Below are positions 59,564 through 64,000 of a DNA stretch of 64,000 nucleotides, piece after piece (positions within the stretch are counted from its first letter, which is position 1; each line of letters opens with the position of its first letter). The translations under genes and the position numbers were made by a program. The stretch comes from Candidatus Micrarchaeia archaeon (GTDB lineage Bacteria > Chloroflexota > Dormibacteria > Aeolococcales > Bog-877), in NCBI GenBank assembly GCA_035533215.1, contig DATLUG010000006.1, positions 3,958 through 67,957 on the forward strand, read 5' to 3'. The notes beneath the pieces were generated by a model. That model saw only the letters and a program-made list of their open reading frames with translations, had not been told where the DNA came from and searched no databases.

Positions 59564-60820
59564 TCAGCCGTGCAGCAGGCGCCAGCGCAGACCGGGGTGG
59601 CGGACGGCACCGGTCGCGGTCAGCGGGAGGGTGAAGCGGCGCGCGCCGATGGTGAGGACCTCCTGCCCCACCCGCTCGCCGCGGCGGAGGGTCGTCCCCA
59701 GCCGGCGCGCCAGCAGCCGCCCCCGCACCCGAAGGCCGCTCCAGCCGACCACCGTCACCGCCCGGGTGCTCACCGCCGCCACCTGGGTGCCCCACGGCAC
59801 CGCGACCCGGCCGAGGACGGCGCCCACCCCGACCGCGGGCACCAGCTGCAGTCGCGGGGTGACGGCGTCGAGCAGGTGCAGGCTGGCGGTCAGCGCCGCC
59901 GGCAGGGGCCGCTGACCGCCCTGGCCGAGCACGGCCCCCACCACCAGCACCGGTCGTCCGGCGACCAGCCGCCGGGCCGCGAAGACCAGGCAGCCGCCGG
60001 CCTGGGCGGTGTAGCCGGTCTTCACCCCGACGATGCCGTCGTGGGTGACCAGCGCGTTGACGTTGTAGACGGTGCCGGCCACCGGCAGGGTCGCCTGCGG
60101 CATCGCCACCACCTGGGCGAACACCGGGATCCCCATCGCCCTCTCCGCCAGCGCGATCTCGTCCGGGGCGGTGCTGGTGGTGGCGCTGGAGACCCCGCTG
60201 GCGTCGGCGTAGTGGGTGCCGGAGAGCCCCATCCGCCGGGCGGTGCGGTTCATGCGAGCGACGAAGGCCGCGAGCGACCCGGCGTCCCACCCGGCGAGGG
60301 TGGTGGCGAGGTTGTTGCCCGACGGGAGCAGGAGCCCGACCAGCAGCTGGTACTCGCTGAGGCGCTCGCCGACGGCGACAGGCACCACCGACTGGCCCCC
60401 CGCCCGGTCGGCCCGGTAGCGGGTGACGTCGGCCGCGCTCATGGTCACGATCGGGCCGGACGCCCCCAGCGGCAGCGGGTGGTCGCGCAGGACGAGATAG
60501 GCGGTCATGATCTTGGCGAGGCTGCCGATCGCCTGCGGCCGGTCCGGGCCGGCGCGGCCGATGAGGCCGATCCCGTCCACCCCCACCGCGGACTGGCCCC
60601 CGGCCGGCCACGGCGTCGCCGACCGAGGGCCCCGGACGGTGAAGGTGAGCGATCGCGCCGCCGCCAGCTGCAGCCGGGGGAGCGGGCGCAGGAGCTGGAC
60701 CGCCCCCAGCACCACCACGGCGACCACGATCGACGCCAGCCCCAGGGCCAGCCATCGAACCGGGTGGCGGCCGCCGCCCTGGGGGCGCTGGGAGAGAGCG
60801 GAGCGTCCCCGGGGCATCAC
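59564..60820 (-). CDS. D-alanyl-D-alanine carboxypeptidase (S11)
   Basis: N-terminal TM; SLAK (SxxK), SGN (SxN), KTG. Confidence 0.9.
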   Translation of the reverse strand: MMPRGRSALSQRPQGGGRHPVRWLALGLASIVVAVVVLGAVQLLRPLPRLQLAAARSLTFTVRGPRSATPWPAGGQSAVGVDGIGLIGRAGPDRPQAIGSLAKIMTAYLVLRDHPLPLGASGPIVTMSAADVTRYRADRAGGQSVVPVAVGERLSEYQLLVGLLLPSGNNLATTLAGWDAGSLAAFVARMNRTARRMGLSGTHYADASGVSSATTSTAPDEIALAERAMGIPVFAQVVAMPQATLPVAGTVYNVNALVTHDGIVGVKTGYTAQAGGCLVFAARRLVAGRPVLVVGAVLGQGGQRPLPAALTASLHLLDAVTPRLQLVPAVGVGAVLGRVAVPWGTQVAAVSTRAVTVVGWSGLRVRGRLLARRLGTTLRRGERVGQEVLTIGARRFTLPLTATGAVRHPGLRWRLLHG

Positions 60821-60887
60821 TCCCTACAACGCCCGCGCCCGGGCATCCGTTCCGATCGCCAGCCCGCGTCCCCCGACGGTCACCGGC

Positions 60888-62276
60888 TCAGGAGTCGAAG
60901 CCGATCCCGAGGCGGTCCAGGGTGGTGAGGAGCCATCCGCGGCGGCCGGTGCGGTCGGCCTTGGTCATGGCGCCCTGGACCAGGGCCAGCGCCGCCGTCC
61001 GGAGCGGCTCCGGCGGGAAGGGCAGGGGCGGCTGGCGCACCAGCCGCAGGCGCAGGATCGGCGACGCCGGGGCCAGCAGGCGGTCGGTGAGCACCCGGGC
61101 GGCGAAGCGGGTGGCGGCGACCCCGAGCCCGGTGTACCCGAGCGCGTACGTGAGCCGGCCGCCGAAGGCGGAGCCGAAGGTGCAGGTGAAGCGGGTGGTG
61201 GAGGCGATCGCCCCGCCCCAGCGGTGGGGGAAGCGGAGGTCCGCCAACGCCGGGAACATCGCCCGGAACTGGGACTCGAGCAGGCGGTAGGTCTGGGGGC
61301 GATGGTCGTACCCGGGCCCGACCCGCCCCCCGAAATGGTAGATCGCGTCGTAGCCGCCCCAGAGGATGCGGTCGTCGGCGGTGAGACGGAAGTAGTGGAA
61401 GTGATTGCCGCGGTCGGCGACCCCCTCCCGGTGCGCCCAGCCCACCCGCTCCCGCTGCGGCGGGGTCAGCGGGTCGGAGACCAGGACGTAGTCGTAGACC
61501 GGCACGAACCGGCGTCGCAGGCGAGCGAGGAGCTGGCCGCTGTAGGCGTTGGTGGCCAGCACCACCCGGCGGGCGCGGACCGCGCCCTCGGCGGTGCGCA
61601 GCTCGATCCCGGCCGCCCGCGGGAGCATCCGCGTGACCCGGCTCTGCTCGTGCACCGCGGCGCCCTGCTCCCGGGCCACCCGCGCCAGCCCGCGTGCGAG
61701 CCGGGCCGGGTTGACCAGGGCGGAGCCGGCGGTGCTCCGCAGCCCGGCCGTGAGCAGGGGCGAGCGCAGGTGGCTCGCCAGCGCCTCCCCCTCCAGCCAC
61801 CTGACGTCCTCCCCCCGGCGACCGCGCGCCTCGTGCTCCAGGCGGAGCGCCTCGGCCTGGGCCGCAGAGGTCGCCACCTCCAGCAGCCCGGTCGTCTCCA
61901 GGTCGCAGGCGATGGCGTGGTCCCGCACGAAGTCGCAGAGTCCCTGGAAGTTCTCCTGGCCGAGCCGCTCCAGCTCCTCGATCTCGTCCGGGAAGTGGCG
62001 CAGCCCGTTGGCGAACCCGTGGGTCAGCGAGGCCTCGCAGAATCCCCCGTTGCGCCCGCTGGCCCCGTAGCCGACCACCCCCTGCTCCAGCACCACCACC
62101 CGCAGGTGGGGCGCGCGCCGGCGGAGCTCGATCGCCGTCCACAGGCCGGTGAACCCCGCGCCCACCACGGCCACGTCGGCCAGGTGGCGGCCGACGAGCC
62201 GGGGACCGGGCCGCCAGGGGTCCTGCCGGAGCCAGAAGCTCGGGCCGGGGTCGACCCAGGGTGCCGCCGCGCTCAG
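60888..62276 (-). CDS. FAD-dependent oxidoreductase (DAO/PuuB-like); probable CTG start
   Basis: SFW, VVGAGFTGL, GASGRNGG, LATNAY, RILWGG, GYTGLGV. Confidence 0.85.
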   Translation of the reverse strand: MSAAAPWVDPGPSFWLRQDPWRPGPRLVGRHLADVAVVGAGFTGLWTAIELRRRAPHLRVVVLEQGVVGYGASGRNGGFCEASLTHGFANGLRHFPDEIEELERLGQENFQGLCDFVRDHAIACDLETTGLLEVATSAAQAEALRLEHEARGRRGEDVRWLEGEALASHLRSPLLTAGLRSTAGSALVNPARLARGLARVAREQGAAVHEQSRVTRMLPRAAGIELRTAEGAVRARRVVLATNAYSGQLLARLRRRFVPVYDYVLVSDPLTPPQRERVGWAHREGVADRGNHFHYFRLTADDRILWGGYDAIYHFGGRVGPGYDHRPQTYRLLESQFRAMFPALADLRFPHRWGGAIASTTRFTCTFGSAFGGRLTYALGYTGLGVAATRFAARVLTDRLLAPASPILRLRLVRQPPLPFPPEPLRTAALALVQGAMTKADRTGRRGWLLTTLDRLGIGFDS

Positions 62277-63610
62277 CCCTCCACCGCCCGGTCGGTGATG
62301 GCGAGGGCCTGGTCGAGGGTGTCGAACCCCTCCGCCAGCTCGGCCTCCGTGATGCAGAGCGGGGGATTGGTCATCACCGTGTTCCAGCGCACCATCGTGT
62401 AGAGGCCGTGCTCGAGCAGGAATCGGTTCAGCTCCACCATCGCCGGATGGGAGCCGTTGAAGGGGGCGAGCGGGGCCATCGTGGCTCGGCTGCGGACCAG
62501 CTCCAGGACGCCGAAGAGACCGAGGTTGCGGGTCAGGCCGACGCTGGGGTGGCGCGCCCGCAGGGCGGCATGGTGGCGCGTCATCACCGCGCCCAGGCGG
62601 CGGGCGTTGCCGACCAGGTCGTCCTGCTCGTAGACCTCCAGGGTGGCGAGGGCCGCGGCGCACGACACCGGGTGGCTGTTGTAGGTGAGGCCGGCGGGGA
62701 ACATGTGGGTCCGGAAGTGCTCGACGATGGGGCGGCGCAGCGCCACCGCCCCCAGGGGCACGTAGCTGCTGGTGATCCCCTTGGCCATGGTGAGGAGGTC
62801 GGGCACGACGTTCCAGTGGTTGACCGCGAACCACTCCCCGGTGCGCCCGAACCCGGTCATCACCTCGTCGGCGATCATGACGATGCCGTAGCGGTCGCAG
62901 AGCGTCCGCACCCCCTGGAGGTAGCCGTCGGGCGGGATCAGGATCCCGTTGGTGCCGGTGACCGGCTCCAGGATGAAGGCGGCGATCGTGTCCGGCCCCT
63001 CCAGCTGGATCGTCTCCTCGAGGCGGGCGAGCGCGGTCTCGGCCGAGTCCTGGGGCCGGTCGGTGCCGTGGTAGGGGTCGAGGACGTGGACGACCCCCGG
63101 GATCCCCGGCTCGCTGGGCCAGCGGCGGGGGTCACCGGTGAGGCTGATCGCCCCCGCGGTGGCCCCGTGGTACGAGCGGTAGCGGGCGAGCACCTTCTGG
63201 CGACCGGTGTAGAGGCGGGCCATGCGGACGGCGTTCTCGTTGGCCTCGGCCCCGCCCAGGGTGAAGAAGACCTGGTCCAGGTCCCCGGGCAGCAGCCCCA
63301 CCAGCTTCTGGCCCAGCAACGCCCGCGGGGCGTGGGCGAAGAACGGGCTGACATAGGCCAGCTCCGCGGCCTGGCGGGCGATGGCCGCGGCCACCCGGGG
63401 GTCGCCGTGGCCGATGCTGACCGACATCAGCTGGCTGTTGAAGTCGAGGTAGCGCCTGCCGTCCGGGGTCCAGAAATAGACCCCCTTGGCCCCCGCCACC
63501 GGGATCGGGTGGACGTCCTGCTGCACCGACCAGTCGTAGAGGGTGTAGCGGCGGCAGAGCTCGACGGTCGCCTCCGCGGTGAGCGCGGCCTTCTCGGTGG
63601 TGACGGTCAT
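62273..63610 (-). CDS. Class III aminotransferase
   Basis: YLDFNSQL, GGAEANE, SYHG, EPVTG, DEVMTGFGRTG, AKG (PLP Lys); GGAGG RBS. Confidence 0.93.
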   Translation of the reverse strand: MTVTTEKAALTAEATVELCRRYTLYDWSVQQDVHPIPVAGAKGVYFWTPDGRRYLDFNSQLMSVSIGHGDPRVAAAIARQAAELAYVSPFFAHAPRALLGQKLVGLLPGDLDQVFFTLGGAEANENAVRMARLYTGRQKVLARYRSYHGATAGAISLTGDPRRWPSEPGIPGVVHVLDPYHGTDRPQDSAETALARLEETIQLEGPDTIAAFILEPVTGTNGILIPPDGYLQGVRTLCDRYGIVMIADEVMTGFGRTGEWFAVNHWNVVPDLLTMAKGITSSYVPLGAVALRRPIVEHFRTHMFPAGLTYNSHPVSCAAALATLEVYEQDDLVGNARRLGAVMTRHHAALRARHPSVGLTRNLGLFGVLELVRSRATMAPLAPFNGSHPAMVELNRFLLEHGLYTMVRWNTVMTNPPLCITEAELAEGFDTLDQALAITDRAVEG

Positions 63611-63894
63611 GATGGGTCGGGCCTCCGTGGGTGTCCCGGGTCGGCGCCGTCGACGTCGACGGCGGCGGCTCCCCGCCACCAGGGGCCAGGCTACGACCGC
63701 CGGACCCCGCGGGCAAGGGACAGAGTGTCCAGCCGGCACCGCGCGACGACGCCCCGGCGGTGGGCGGCGACGCCACCGACGCTGATGACGGCTCGAAACG
63801 GCCGGTGAACGGCGGCCCGCTGGCGCTCGGCCCCGCCTGTCACCCTGGCGGCCATCCCAGCCCCGCCGGCGCCCCGCCGGCTGGAGGTCCACCT

Positions 63895-64000
63895 GTGGTG
63901 CGCGCTCCCCGTCCCCGGATGGCCCGTCTGGCGGCCTTTGCGCTGGCCATCGTCGCCGGCGGGTGGGCGCCGAGCGGGGCGGCGGTCCGGCCCGCGGCCC
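63895..64000 (+). CDS. 5' end of a putative secreted protein (runs off window)
   Basis: GGAGG at 63883-63887, GTG at 63895, MVRAPRPRMARLAAFALAIVAGGWAP signal-like sequence. Confidence 0.45.
   Translation, partial: MVRAPRPRMARLAAFALAIVAGGWAPSGAAVRPAA

Noticed and set aside
63781-63794. Fluoride riboswitch 3' motif GCTGATGAC
   Set aside because: The 5' GATGG pseudoknot half is absent and no fluoride-related gene is visible
63782-63800. Hammerhead ribozyme (CTGATGA...GAAAC)
   Set aside because: Only 6 nt with no stem II between the core strands, and no GUH site flanked by correct stem I and III partners

Overview
A very GC-rich bacterial chromosomal segment. Its gene content (large Alu-type SRP RNA, AroH chorismate mutase, Ni-SOD, minimal TatAC, G1 glutamic peptidase, F420-type LLM enzyme) and its many leaderless genes suggest a Terrabacteria soil lineage such as Ca. 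Dormibacterota or Chloroflexota; this is inference only. Most of the window is housekeeping: recR-ybaB, dnaX with SRP RNA, plsY, class I aldolase, mnmA, thrC, a trpEGCFBA-aroH-aroF-tyrA-aroA superoperon, trxB, secG, tRNA-Leu, eno, sodN/sodX and tRNA-Cys. The most unusual items are: (1) an intact, translationally coupled nuoJKLMN-like membrane module in which nearly all conserved proton-pumping Glu/Lys/His residues are replaced, lying next to a polyprenyl synthase fused to a degenerate copy of its own domain; (2) a self-contained ECF sigma/anti-sigma regulon with three matching promoters driving a TatAC translocase, a small Tat-signal protein and a signal-less DUF4331 protein; (3) a split sulfur-carrier system (thrC-like, MoaD ending in GGG, NIL, mnmA, plus a distant cysM-mec); (4) repeated apparent CTG initiation at CTGA stop/start overlaps; (5) a decayed RHS/IS630 islet splitting dnaX from ybaB-recR. 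All assignments come from motif recognition by eye; no database searches were run, and many start codons are best estimates.
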